64,000 nucleotides of DNA from Bugula neritina (taxonomy: Eukaryota; Animalia; Bryozoa): the NCBI GenBank assembly GCA_964035545.1, contig OZ037767.1, forward strand, positions 6,960,707 to 7,024,706, read 5' to 3'. This document shows, one piece after another, positions 39,034 through 54,393 of the stretch. The notes beneath the pieces were generated by a model. That model did not search any database. It was not told where the DNA came from and saw only the letters and a list, made by a program, of their open reading frames with translations. The translations under genes and the position numbers were made by a program. Positions within the stretch are counted from its first letter, which is position 1. Each line of letters opens with the position of its first letter.

Positions 39034-40730
39034 CCTGAAGTAGTCGAACTCTATTTATCACATTATAAATATAATTACATATTACACATAATATATTGCA
39101 CATGCAATACAAAAAATTAGTATATGCACATAGCATGTGCTAAAGTTGTCATTAACTTATTTCTTACCTTTAGTAACATACTGCTTGCTATAATCTTTTT
39201 AGACTGACATGTTTTACTACTAACATCATACTATTGTTTTTTTTACAATACCCACCTGTTTTCTAGAATATTTATTGTATAAACTTAATAGCCTTTACAA
39301 CATTCTGAGTCACAAGATTGTTCTGGAAGGACTTGGTTTACGAGTTTAGTAGTATATTACAGCAATATTGCTATAGCAAGTAAACTTTTACGTGTGTATT
39401 ATATAATCGGTATAATAAATATAATATATTTAAAATGTTAAACATTTCCTATTTTCTACTGCTGATAAGCTAATTCAGAGCAAATGCAATCTACTTGAGT
39501 AATTTTTTCAAATAAATTCTAGGGCAGAAGATTGTTCTGGAAGGATTTTGCTTACAGTTTTAGTAATATTGAAGCTATATATAAAGTTTGTGGGGTCCAT
39601 CATGTCATGACTCCTAATCTGTATACCTAATATAGTATACTTTAAAACACAAAAAACCTCTTTTATTCTTTACTAATGCAGTGCAGTGGAAGTTAAATTT
39701 ACATAACTAACAAGCTATTGATATGCTTCATGGGTCTAAGAAAAGTTTATTTACTTTCAAAAAATTATTCTAAAACGTTTTTTGAAGTTGCTTCTAGAAA
39801 ATGAAAAAGATATTAAAAGGTTCTGAACATCTTTAGGATTTGAATTTTTGAGAAATAATTTAAAAGCTTGCCAATAATTTCTAGGAATTACAAGAAATGG
39901 CTATAATCAAATAATTAATTAAGTTTCCCTATACTAATATGTTTTGACACATCAAAATACTCTGCAATCAGTCCCTTACACGGTGTTGCAGCTTGATTAT
40001 TTAATAATTACCAGATGATATAGTCTTACAAGCTTTATTAGAAACTGATGTGAAAAGTTGAGTAGTTGGCAAAACAGAGTAATTGAAAAATGGAGAAAAG
40101 CCTGTGTTCTAGATTAGAAGTGTAGCATAAGAAGTTATGTTGCCGCAAGAATTTCAACCCGCACCCCAAACCAAAGTTTAATAATAAAATTGACGAACTC
40201 AAGATATCTCAATTTCTTCACTACTGCTCCTAAATTAGGTGTAAATGCAAATATGATTAAATAATTTTAGCAACATTTTAAAACTTTTATCATCTTCTTA
40301 GTAAAAAAGGTAAATACTTATTGTTTTATTCAACGCAACATGCAAGTTTTTTTTTATTATACATGATTTATTTTAATTCAACGCCATAAAAACCACTCCT
40401 CATATAAAGAATTAACAAAATAATCATTTATGTTCAAAGAATAAATTGTATTTGCAAATCTAAGAATGCATCTGAAGGCATAATTGTATAAAAATAGTAT
40501 CCTACCATTAAAAATACATTGTAACTTGTAATACATTTTAAATGATGCAAGCGCAAATGAATCTTTTTAAAAATGAGATAAAAATATATTTGAATAAGTA
40601 GCAAAATAGATTCTAATATATCACAGGTTATTGTTCAAAATCATGAGCTGTATAATATGTGATAAAAAATGTATGTACATGCATATTATTATATATAAAT
40701 ATTTCTGAAGAAAAAGATGATGTTTTATTT

Positions 40731-40800
<70 letters not shown>

Positions 40801-40817
40801 ATATATATATATACATG

Positions 40818-40963
<146 letters not shown>

Positions 40964-41071
40964 ATCATATTAACTGTTCTTGATAAACAGGGTAGAAACT
41001 AAAATCAAACAAAACTTCCCATTCAGCTAGTTAACTAAATAAATATGACAATAGTATGTTACATGTTATTA

Positions 41072-43999
41072 TTAGCAATCTCCATAGAAATCCTGCTCCT
41101 TGGCTTCTCTAATTGCTTTGTTCGTGCAGCACAAGAGCTTTTTAAAATTTTCCATCTTGATTGATTCACAAGAAGCCGCGGAGTTTTCACCGTCTCCACA
41201 TGTACTTTCATACTGTTGAAAAATAACTACTGTAATAGTATTGCACAGTATAGGTTAGAGCATTTGCAGCTAATAACAACAAAATCATAGGCTCAAACAC
41301 CAGTAAAAAACATCGTGATGTTAGGAAAAGCATCCAGTCATAACTGCTTCAGTGCCACATATGAATCACTGTTGTTAGCCTGCTTTAAAAAGCCTTTCCA
41401 TGAGGGGTTTCTCACAGGGATGGTGACTATAAACTTGTGTGAGTTTTATTATTGTACAATTTCAATATATCAATAATACAACAGATCAACAATAAAAATA
41501 ATTCAGTCAATAATTGTAGTACTCTAAAATATTCCAAATAAGTGTTGTGTTTGTGTAGTGGCCGTGTGGTGTAATGGCTAGTGCGACTCCTTGCAAGTTT
41601 GAAGTTTTGGGTTCGAATCCTACTGGTGACAAAATTATTTCATAACAGTATAGTTTCAATCTGCACAGTTCACACAGTTTAGTCAACACCAATTCATTGA
41701 GAAAATCAGAGTGAGTTCGGTGCAAATTGATATTTGAATAATATGCCTTCATTTTACAGCTAATGCCAACAGTTATTCTTCTTTACATGACCACTGAAAA
41801 CATCTTTTTATTTTATAATTATTTTGAAATGCTGTCAAATTTTTACAGTTTACCAACTTTATGACAGTGATTATTGGAAAACTGGGAGAATCACAAAAAT
41901 CTGACACAATTGTTCAAAAACTTTCATTTCTATATAATTTAGTTTTTATAATAAGAAAGTTACATTTAATTACCAATATTACGGCATAGAGTTTGCTAAC
42001 TTGACTATACTGAGTATTGTGTAACCAAAGACTCGACTATATGGAGGTTGACAAGGTTAACTTAAAGCTTCATTCTGTCCTAAACTCTACTATTGACAAG
42101 TAAACAGTATAACTTACATTACTGCATCTGATAGAAGATGTTGCAGTGCCATCCACTACTGTCTTTAATGAACTAATTCGCTGTTTTAGTACATTCACTT
42201 TGGAACTAAATTGTGAATTACTGCGTAACATCGAAGCTAGTCTATTAGTTGGACAGTGAAAGAGGCAATAAATATTCTCCAATTGACGACTGTAGTTGTC
42301 AGTGTGACTGCTCATCTAAAGTTAGTAACATAATTTATAACAGCTGCTGTTGCCTGACGAACATCTATTCTCTTACAATTAAGATTACAATACAAAAAGT
42401 TTGAATTTAATTCGGACCAGGTATTGCTCAAAATTTCCAATTCTTATTGTAGTATGATACCCGCATATAGGCTACAGTTTCTTCAGCTTTTGACCTCTGA
42501 TAAAAATAAACAGCCAACAAACACGAGTAATTTAGTTTGCATTATAAAGTCATAAAATGTTTTCAGTTTTAAGCCTATAATTTAGGTCACTAAAAATATA
42601 TCGTTTAGACAAAATTAGAGTCACCATTGAAGTGCATCAGAAAAATCTTTTTTGAGGCTTCTGAAATTTCTGCGCTTTACATAACCATGTTACTTGCAGT
42701 AAGGTAATAATGAATGTCATTTACTTACAATTGCAAAATCCAAGCCCCGACAACTGCTGTAATTGCTAACTCCTCTCTGGCTATTAAACCTTCTATACTA
42801 TTAAATAATTACAAAATACTGTGTGAAAACTGATAAAGCTTAAAAGTAACATAACAGAAGTTTTGTTAAATTTTAAACATTTCTATTTACTGGTGCAATA
42901 ATTTAATTTAGACAAGTAGATATATATACTATTGCATAAATATAACCTAATACAGTTCATTATATGTAGAAGCTTTCATTGAAACAGGAATACAATATAA
43001 TTTATAGAACATTTGCTGATAGTTGTACTTACATATGGCTCTAAAATATCATCTTGAAGTACAGAAAGAATAAACTCATCACTAGTTGTGTAAGAATCAA
43101 ATATTGCCCTTCTTGTTCCATTATTGAAATTTTCAAAGAATGGTGGAAATGTTGATGATCTTTCATAGCGATTTCTGCTTTTCAAACTGCTTAAAAATAG
43201 AAATGTATATCAGGTATATACAATATAAAAATAGAATTATATAAAGTATATACAATATATTTAAAATTAAAAACATAATTCTTTTATTTATAGTTGTTTA
43301 AGAATTATAAAAAGTAAGATTTGACTGAAACTATAAAAAAAATTTGAATTTGAAAACTTACCTGATCAAATTAGATTCCAATGGCAATCCATTGAGTAAC
43401 GATAATTGTACACTCATGCAAAAGTATACTCTCAAAATATTCTTCGTTCGTGCTAAAACACAATGGAAAACGTTTTCAAGCTAATGAACACTGTTCATAG
43501 TCAAGTTTCAATTCTTGGTGTTTATATTTTTGCACTAGCAATGTACTTGGTAATAAGCCACTGCTGTTAGATTTCAGTAAAATTCATTTTTAAGGAACAT
43601 ATTAAATCTTTAAATTAGCAAATTTTTAAAAATCTGGTACTGCTACAATATTAGCTCAAAGATTTTTAAGATTTTAAGAAATTTTATAGAGAAAGAATAT
43701 ATATAATAATAATGTATATAATAATTTAGCATGTTCACCCTTCTAGCTAAAAGCAGTCAAACTAATGTATAGCTATGTTAATATAACTATTGTTAATATT
43801 TATTGTAACCATATTATAAAAATTAGTAAATAAATACACTGCATATGTTTTAATGTTCTACTAATAATGCTATGATACTATAACATTTTATTGAATTTAT
43901 TATTGCTACAAGATTGATTAAAATACCATAAATAAACTTGAGCTTTCAAGAGGTTAGACATATTAGTAAAAGTATATAAAAATTATTATTCTCACCCAT
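41072..43999 (-). CDS. secreted preproprotein, copy 3 (exons 43999-43996, 43452-43362, 43186-43033, 42797-42729, 42315-42118, 41212-41072)
   Basis: Open frame; processing site changed from RYKR to RYER. Confidence 0.78.
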
Positions 44000-45261
44000 C
44001 TTGTTATAAGCAGTCGAAACGTGTTGATATATTTATTATTATTTAATTTCTAAACTTTTTTATTTAGTAACTAAACTATATTGACACAACAGCTGTTTTA
44101 ATGTTTACCAATAGTCCAGCAAGTATAAAAAAAATGAATTGTGAGTTGGGTTTATATACTCTTTCAATACCTACTCAAATATACTCATAGCTGACTTATT
44201 TATGCAATCAGCATTTTTTGCAAAAATTTAATTGACTGCGTTTAAAAATATAAATAACTGACTCAAGACAAAACTCATTTGCACATGCAAGTTTATAGTC
44301 TGTAAAAAAGATTGCTAACTTAATATAATGTTAATAATTAAGCAGCTATATTACAACAGGCAAAAAAATTGGTATGCATGGCTAAAATTAGACATCAAGT
44401 TTGCATAGTTATTTTATATTTAGAGTTTGAATCTTTATTTATAGTTTACAAATGTTTAAAATTAATAGTAATTGCAAAATATCTTATTATAAATTAAATA
44501 ATAGAAATGGGAACATTACCAAAGTTGAAATTGAACATCCCACATAGTGCAATAATGAAATGATACTTTTCTTGTATTGCAAAATATATTTTCACAATTA
44601 AATATAAACCTGATAGCTTCCTGCTAGTACTTTCCACAATACCCGAGTTTGACAACATGTCTTTCACAGAAATAATTGTTAATAAAAAAATATCAACGGC
44701 AAGTCTATAATATTACATCATTTGACCAAAAAAACACAATTTAAGTATGTGTCTATAAGCTGAAAACCGAACTTGGAGTTTTTCTCTACAAATTTAACAA
44801 ACCTCACAAATTAAAAGAAAAAATTGGCAAATTATGTGTTTTTCTAGTGAAAATAACTGCATAAAATAATTTCGTTATCAAAAGTTTTGTTGTTTCTATT
44901 AGTTTTATTTGGTTTCTTCTCACAAATTTAATTCTGTGTGCATGCATGTACTAATTAGTGCATTTTTCACAGTTTATTGAAAATATATAATAATTATATA
45001 TAATAAGTATATATACTTATTATATATACTTATTATACATATATATTACGCTCTCATTTAATGCTCAGCAATGACATTAAATGATTGAGCACTCTCACCA
45101 TGGTCACAAACTCAAGCTGCTAGCATTTTGCAATGCTCGTGACTCCTAGGTGACCCCTAGAGTCAATTGAGCACTCTGGCTTGAGTTTACACACCTTTTA
45201 AATATGCTTTAGTAAAACTACAAGTTTTACTATTGCGAAGGTGTGGGCCATGGTACTCTGT

Positions 45262-45308
45262 TCTGTGCTGATGAGGGGACAAATCCCGAAACAGCTGCTG
45301 TCCACAGA
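45262..45308 (+). ncRNA. minimal type I hammerhead ribozyme (family 1), unit 3 copy
   Basis: Identical to 29922-29968. Confidence 0.85.
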
Positions 45309-47931
45309 TTGAGATATATATATATATATATAGTTTAAATTCTCTGAATTACATAATAAAAACATGTTTGCCACTTTATTTTATTTAGTACACAACAAAG
45401 TTCTTCACTTGTGTCTACTTTATAAAGCTGTTGCTGCTGATATACAAATGTCTGCTGCTTAAAACTGAAGAATTTTTAATAAACGAAACCAAATATATAA
45501 ATATTTTTCAAATTTGCTCCATTTTTTTGTGAAGTTAGTATATCAAAAATACAGGTTTAATTAGTGATGATTTTTGCATTACATGCAGCTAAGAACAAAA
45601 ACAGTGCTTTATTGTAGCAAAATTCTCTCTCTCAGCTTTTTTTCCTCTATACATATTTATAATCAGCATATGAATATCTGGTCCATGTTTGCATTATTTT
45701 ATTTGTTTTATTTATAGAAAAAGAAAGCAAAGGCATTCATTGTATAGTTAAACTATATTTGGTTGTAAAACAAAATCTTTTGTTGGATTACATAAAATTT
45801 ACTCAAAATTTAAACTTTTCCGCATGTTGATTTTGCTTCTTTGCCTGCCAATGCCTCGGTAGTCCTTGAATCCTACAAAAACATTTCTATTAGTGTTCAG
45901 GAAACTAGAAAGTGGTTGCAAAATGATTACTGGATGCTAATATAGCAAGTGTTTTATGTTTTATAATAAAAATTAGACAATAAAAGTATGTCACAAAACT
46001 TATTATATGACTCTATAGACATGAAAAGCTGTGTTTATACATTTACAATGTACATATATCGCAAACCAATTAGAAGTGAAGACTACAGTAGATAAACATT
46101 ATAAAATAAAGGAAAAATATTACTGTTGTAGAGACATTGAACACCTTTGCAATTCCTGACACTATGAAATACCTACAGTTCGTGTGAAGAAGAGTATATG
46201 GAAAGTAGAGCATAATTATAAACATATAAATTATAAACTTATAAATGTGATAATATTTTTAAGAGCAAAATCTAAAAGCTTTTTATTGTTGGATAAATAT
46301 CGGTAAATATTGAAACAGCTGAAGTCGACCTCTACATAGAGTGTTAAATGCTCCAAAGAATCACTCATTGTTATGTCTCATGCCATTTGCTACTCCATAA
46401 CCACCAAATCTGTGGCAAGATCTGCATAAATTACACTTTAATCATATCATATGCAGTCAAACTTAATACTATACTGGAGCAAAAAGTACGTTGATTTAGT
46501 TAATAACATTTAGTACCCATGACATGCGAATATATACATTAATATGGAGCCTAAAAATACATATGTATGTAGCTCATTTCACATGTACGTCATTCTAAGT
46601 AAAAACAATTTAGCTGCTTTAAATGTATTTCCCTACTAATCAAAAATATTTATAAGATGAAAGTGTTTTTGTGGTCTGAATGAGAAAGTAATTTAGCCAA
46701 TAGCAGACCATCTTATTGCCACTGCTACTTTCACTGCTATACAGTTGAACTCCATTAATGCTAGTCTTCTGGCACTGTGCCAGCTCAGGAGGAAGCGATT
46801 GGAAAGCTTTAGCTTTGTTAGTACACACTGTCAAATTCATTACAGTGCATGAGAAATTGGCTTGTTTTAACACAAAGTACTTGAAGTCACGAGTCACTAT
46901 TGAGCAAACTAAAGGTCAATATAAAGTGAGTGACCCCAGAAGTAATCCAGTAAGGAAAATAGTAAATTATTTCCAGATTTATTATTAGGTCAATAGTCTA
47001 CGATAGACCATATGTAAGTCAATCGTTCTAAACAAAGATTTTCATAATAGATTAAATGCATTTCGGAAGTCACACCTAATTTGGCATTTCAATTGAGATT
47101 TTCTTAGAAAATTGGGTAATCTTTCACATGGGTTAGCAGACATCAGCAATTCATTCTCAGCTTTTTTGCATGTTGAAAGTATGTTAAATGTTGTTGAATT
47201 TCAGGCTTTTAACTCTCAATGCCAACTTCCAGAGCGAATCTCAAATTTCATATTTTAGCATATCTAAGAAGCAAATAAATATTTGAACTGAAAAACATTC
47301 TTGCAATAATAAAAAGTCAAATGAGAAACAAAAAATTACATACTTGTTTCACACCATATTGGAATGTCGTTTGTGGGCAGAAAGAAATATTTTTGACTGT
47401 AAAAATGTGTCTATTAATTTCATTATCTAGTTACACTTGAGGTGGACTTAAACAGTGAAATACTTATATAATAAATCTTTGTATGATGGGGTACCATAAA
47501 TAAAATAACAAATCAAAACATTGCGATCTTTTTAATTGGATTTAAACATTTCCTGCAGTCTTATCAAATAATAATGGCAAGCTTTATTCTGACAAAGTAC
47601 CCCACCCACAATATTACACAACATGTCAAAATCTTTATATTTACAGGAAGCTTATATATTTATTACTTATATTTATTACCTATATGTAAAAGTTTGTCCC
47701 TCATTAGCTGCTATTGAATTAAAAATAAGCACCAGCTGTGTATCGTTACTTTAGTGAAGGATTACTTAACAAGCTGAAAATATAAACCGAGAAATTTTAG
47801 TGAAGATATTCTTGATAATTTTTAATAACTTAATTTTAGCAATTATTTTTTAAGCATGTTAGTTAGCTTCTTATTTAATTGATTTAATTATTACTAGATG
47901 AATAACATATACTCTGTATAATTGATTCTGA

Positions 47932-48035
<104 letters not shown>

Positions 48036-48178
48036 GTGTATAGTTTACCACTAAAGAGAGCTCAATGCAGTGCAGAGCAGAGTAAATAAAAGTAATGAAC
48101 GATAAAATTTGATTTAAAACACTTTATTACTACTAGTTTCATGTGCATAGAATGTACACAATCTTCAGATAAAATGTT

Positions 48179-48239
48179 AACATTTTATCTGAAGATTGTG
48201 TACATTCTATGCACATGAAACTAGTAGTAATAAAGTGTT
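48179..48239 (+). ncRNA. hammerhead family 2, unit 3 copy; mirror copy at 48118-48178
   Basis: Identical to 32865-32925. Confidence 0.7.
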
Positions 48240-48275
48240 TTAAATCAAATTTTATCGTTCATTACTTTTATATAT

Positions 48276-48527
<252 letters not shown>

Positions 48528-50640
48528 CAAAACAGCTGCTGTTCACAAGTTGATGTGCGTGCGTGCGTACGTGCATGCGTGTGTGCGTGTGTGTGTGTTC
48601 CTTCATCAGCACAGAAAAAAGTACCATAGCCCACACCTTCGCCATAGCAGAAACTTAGTTTCAACTAAAGCATATTTAAAAGGTGTGTAAACTCAAGCCA
48701 GAGAGGGAGCAGCGGTGGTCTAGAAGTTAGAGCATTTGCATAGTGGAATCTCAGAAAAGGTAGTTGGTGATGTTAATATTAGGAAGAGCATCTAGTAAAA
48801 ATTCCTCCTGTGCCTCATTTAAATAAGTCTTTAGCCTGATTTAACAGAAACATCTCTTTCCACCAAGGGTTTCTTACAGGAATGGCGATTATAAACTCAA
48901 GACATGCAGAGAGCTCAAATAATTCTAGGAGTCACGAGCCTTGAAAAATGCTAGCAGCTCGAGTTTGTGACCATGGTTAAAGAGCTCAATCAGTGAATGT
49001 CATTGTTGAATATATATATTATATATGTACATAAAATTTATTATGAATTTAACATAGCCTGGTGTGGCAGTTGATTAATACAATGAATTTTTCCGGAGTT
49101 GTGTTCCCCACTATTTACGGGTTAAATTCCCAGTAGAAGAGAAGCAAAATAAACCCTCGCCATGTTATAATAATATGTTGTAGTTCTTCCTGAGCTTACA
49201 TAAACTTACGGAAGTAGCAGAGTACCATATATAGAATTCAGTTGAAAAAAAATTTAGTATAAAGTTAATTGACTAACATTGTAAACAGCTCAATTATTTC
49301 ATGGCATTCACAGCAACTTAAAAAGTATATCAGTATAATAATATTATAACTATATACAACCATAGTTATAAGTAAGGTTGTTATCAAGTAAGGACAATGA
49401 AATACTATTTTTGAGGTCGTCTGCTTGCTATTTGAGATCAATTTTCATGTTCACTACACTTAAAAATGGAACTTGAGATTTGCACCTTTAAAATAATATG
49501 TATGCAATCCAAATGCAAAATAGTCATGGGTTAAAGAGGTTCTTTAAAAGAGGTTACCTATTACAGTAAATTGCAAAAAGTAAATTAGTCTATTTTCTAA
49601 TGTGTAAATATCTTGCATTCTATTGTGTTTATCTTCACACCCCAATATAAGGATGATTTTGTAGGCTGTTCCTTAATTTTAAATTTTCCCTCAATATCTT
49701 TAACTTATTCAACTGCTTAGAATTGTTGGAAAGTTGCTACACATTTGTGTAAGTGTTGTATTATAATAAGTTTGCTGAAATGAAATTGTGCTAACGATGT
49801 AAGCTTACATTGACCATGAAAATCAAGTTGAAAACTGGGGGGGGGGCAACTCTTACAACATTTTATTAATTTTCTCAGAAATACAGATTAATAACTTTTC
49901 TACAATCTATTACTACACTGCAATAAAAGCCTGTAAAGTCAAAAGTTTATGCAAGTAGTAAAAGTTAGAGTGACAAACACTGACAAAATTTGTATTAGTT
50001 TCGATTTCTAAAAATAAATAAAAGCAATTTTGACAAAAAATTATCTATAAAATGTATAAAGAAATAATGAGTAAATGTTAGTCAACACCCATTGGTACCT
50101 ATGTATGGTATACAAAACTTGCTATAGCTCAATGAATCTTTCTGCATTTGAGAGATTTAGAACGTAATTTATAGGAAATTATAAGAGATATTTAAGCTTA
50201 AAGACTGAGCAATAGATTTACTAAATTTAAAAAACAAACAAACAATTTTAAGAAACTCAGTATAGAAGAGTTCAAAACAAGAGAGATAACTATGCAATGA
50301 AATTAGTTGAGCTGTCACTCTATCTAGGGTTAATCAGCACTTAGCTACCCACATGATTACAAATTAATTGAGCATATCAGCAATTCTGTCTCTATACAAT
50401 ATTATGCAGCTGCTACACTTTACCAACAAATTCTAAACAACAAATAAATTCTCACTAAAAATTTCCAAAAATGCATCAATAAAACCATAAAACTGAATCA
50501 AAAACTGCACAAGCAGCCAATAGGTATGTCTGTATAAACAAAATAGGTCAACATGGCTGGAAACTCAAATCCTGCCAAAATGAATTCAGAACTTGTTTTC
50601 AAACACTAAAAATAAAAAATATGGAAGTTACTAAAGATTT

Positions 50641-50877
50641 TTAAATCTTTTTTCTTGATAATTCATCACCACGGTTACTTGGTAAACTGCCTTGACTCCC
50701 GTTATTACTAGCTTTTTCCTTATCTGTTGGTTTCTTTCTTGGATAAATGTATGCCTTGATGTAGAAATTGGTGAAGAAGAACAGCATGGAAGACCCATAT
50801 ATTGCACTCCAGATGCAGAAACCATGGTATAATATACCAATAGTGCAGTACACCATGTCTATTAGGAACTGTATCAT
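50641..50877 (-). pseudogene. orphan ELOVL terminal exon, unit 3
   Basis: As above (YGSSML). Confidence 0.73.
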
Positions 50878-52616
50878 CTACAACAACAGATTATAATTAT
50901 AGATTATAATGTCAAATAACATTCAACATTTTAAAGCATTACATGGAGTTTTAGGCAGACAAATACATATAAATGTTCTAGCAGCTTTAGGTGTTTACTA
51001 TACACCATTTACTAGAAACTACAAAAAAGTTTGCCAAAAAATAAGGAAAAAACAACAATTGCTTCCCGTCTCCATTACACAGGTTTTCCAGCTCAAATTA
51101 AATTTATGTTAGATAAACGAATATATAAAATTTAACTACTGCAAAATTTATAATCTTTGGTTATAATGCCATTTGTCAGCATAGTTTCCTCGAACAGATA
51201 TTTAGAGTTATTCTCCCTCCTAGACTAATATTTACTAGTTACTTCTGTGTGTTACTCTCAAAGATTAGTCTACAATATTTGATAATAAATATGGAGTCAC
51301 ATGCAATTTCTCTTTTTAGTTATCTAGCAAGAATAGGAAGAGAGTATATCTTCACCTTCATTTCTTGGTATACCAATTACTTGTGAGCCTAGGATAGAGA
51401 GTTATTCTCTCCTTGTTACATGACTTTTCTAGCTTAATTTTAGTTTCATGTTGGAGATCAATTAAATTCTGTACATCATATAACTCGTGTGAGTGTGTTA
51501 AGTTAGGTTATATAAGCCTATATAGCCAAAGAGAAATAATAAACATAATCAACATAATATTATTATGTAGAAATTAAAACTCATATATTTAACATCATTT
51601 ATACTAAAAAGGGTGATTATATTTATAATTCAAAATTTGAAAGAAATCAATTAATTAAACAGTTATAATACAGATTAAAATTAAGTTTTGCAATATAACA
51701 AACTCTTCAGCTTTCAAGTCAATACACATAACAAAATCTTTACCAGTGATGTTTGTTATGACTTGATATTTTTAGTTTTGCTAATTAAATCAAACTTTTA
51801 CGTTTGAAGTGAACAGGTGCATTACAAACACAAAATTTATAACTTTCGTTTAGATTGATGACTCAAAGTCAAATAAAAATACTAACAGCATGCAATTGTA
51901 AATTTAAATAACCAAAAGTTCACACATGTAACTTAGACAGCGCAACAGTTTTTACGTAAATCTAATTTTCTTGAAAAATGGTTGACTAATGTGCTCTTGG
52001 TGTAGTATTAAGAACTAGGTTGTTTTCAGGTCACTGGTCATTGATGATAATAGGAAGAGCATCCAGCTATAATTGCCCCTGTGCCCTATTTGAATAAGTA
52101 CTTAGTCTGATTTAACCTAACCCTTTCATCAGGGGTTCTTCACAGGGATGGTGAGTTCTTTTAAAGCATTTAAAATAGTATAGTATATAATAATCCAGTA
52201 CCTCAATATCTTGCCCAGAAGTATCAATAGTTGAATATATTTAACAGTATTTAGTCAGCTCAACAAGCATAAATTTAAAATCTTTTACTTTAATAATCAT
52301 AATATAATGCAAAGTGATGAAGTTACTTGATTTAAAGAGATGATTACTCTCATTCAAGAAGATTTCGAAAGTCAGATTGTTAAATTATGTAATTGAAGAA
52401 TATTGTGACCTAGCTTTATGTTACACGAGAGAAGTTTAGTGATGATGTAATGTTTTCTATTGGATGTCATCAGTTTCCAGTTACAACCTACAGGATTTGG
52501 GTATATAAGGATGGAAATTACTGAAGTAGATAGGATAACATTTTAAATTGTTACCTAAGATAGTAATATCTACTTTATTGCTAACTATTTAAAATAAATT
52601 AACAATATCTATAAGT

Positions 52617-54393
52617 ATGGACATTTGCATGTTTATTGTTTTCATGGCGTTTACAACCTTGTTTCGAGTGAGGGTTACACTGGGATCAGGTATGTCAACC
52701 ACAAACATTTACTGTTTTTGCTATTGTTAAATTTATATGTAGATTTTATGTATCAATGTATTACTTCAATGGTGTTAAATAATGTTGGATAACCTGAATG
52801 TAAGTTCCATGAGCTTTTATTTCTACGCACTTTGATTACATCATGATTTTATTAACCAGGTTTAGTGATTGTCTTGTTAGATATTATTGTATCCCAAGCA
52901 CTAACATATAATATATGATGATCTATACCACTGTATTATATTTAAAGGAAAGAGGTGTCTCCATCCCAAAGATGAAGGAGTCTATCGACCTCATAGTATA
53001 CAGCTACGCTACTACTATGATGCAATAGGCAGCAAGCAATGCCACTCCTTCATTTATTACGGGTCAGGAGGAAACAGCAACAACTTCATGTGAGTGTGTT
53101 CTTTTATTTCTGTCTCTATACTATTCGTAATTGTTTGTAAAAATCAGGATTTTTGAAAATGTAATAATAAATCATATATCATACTTCATGAAAAAATTAT
53201 AAATATATTTAAAATTTCAAAAAGATTATGTGAAGTGGAATTAAAGCATTTAAGTTTTATATATTCCACAAGCTGTATAGGAAGTACTTAACCAAGTTAC
53301 ACATTGGAAATAGTTGTTAAGATTTGGAGTTATTGTCTCTAATCATAAAAATCTATTGAGTGTTCATAAGATTCAAAGTTCACAGAGCAGTTAGGACTGA
53401 AATAATTTGTATCTTGCTTATGTTCATTTACACAACAAACTTATAGAATTTCAGTCCTCCAAAATTCATGGTTATTTTATGCTTTGATATGCAGGTAGAA
53501 TCACAATGGTTGCAATGCTTTACATTAATGTCATGCTTTTTCTAAGTAAAGTAATATTTCATTACAATAGCTTTGAACGAGTCTGTGACAATGAGTGTAG
53601 TTACTCTACAGCCTTGTGTGTTCTCCCTAAAGAGGAGGGAAATGGGAGTGGCCACCATCTCAGGTTCTTCTACAATCCTTCCACCAGAACCCGTGAAAGA
53701 TTTTATTATAAAGGCTCCAATGGCAATGCAAACAAGTTTCAGTAAGAAAATCTTTGACTCCAAATTCATACTTTTAGTTTGAATAAGTTTTATTAAATGA
53801 CTATATTTTGAATGAAAATCATTTAATTCTAAGTAACTGTTTGGAGATCAAGTATCATGCATTTGGCATACAACTCCAAACTGTTGATCTGCAAGCCTTC
53901 TATAAATCATACATTATTTTCTTTTAGGAGAAAGTCGGACTGCATCTCTCGGTGCAGGAGTAACTTGAGACAGGTTTGTCACAGCGGACAACTGAACCTT
54001 GACTACTGTTTAACCCACCATCAACCCTGGTATTATAACAGTACGTCAGGTAGATGTGAAGTTCTCCGTCAAGGTCGTTGCAATCGGGATGATAATCGAT
54101 TCGAGTGAGTTTGCAACACTTTAGTAGTTTATGGACCATTAGAAGCAGCTTAACTGATTGTGACTTATTTTTATTCTAATGTTTATTTAAAATTGTAATT
54201 TTCATCTATATACTTTTATATAAAAAATTATTTTTTCTAGTATAATGCAAAATGCACACACATGCTTTGGTTACATTGATATGATGTGCATGCCTGAGTT
54301 ATATTCTTATTCTAAACTGTTTATGTTCCTGTTTATAAATGTAGAACTGAAGAAGAGTGTGAATTGACCTGCAACTATCCTTCAGATGATTAA
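52617..54393 (+). CDS. triple Kunitz protein, copy 4 (exons 52617-52689, 52948-53089, 53571-53741, 53928-54104, 54345-54393)
   Basis: Open frame; K2 has a Cys>Arg change (STRTRERF instead of STRTCESF). Confidence 0.85.
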
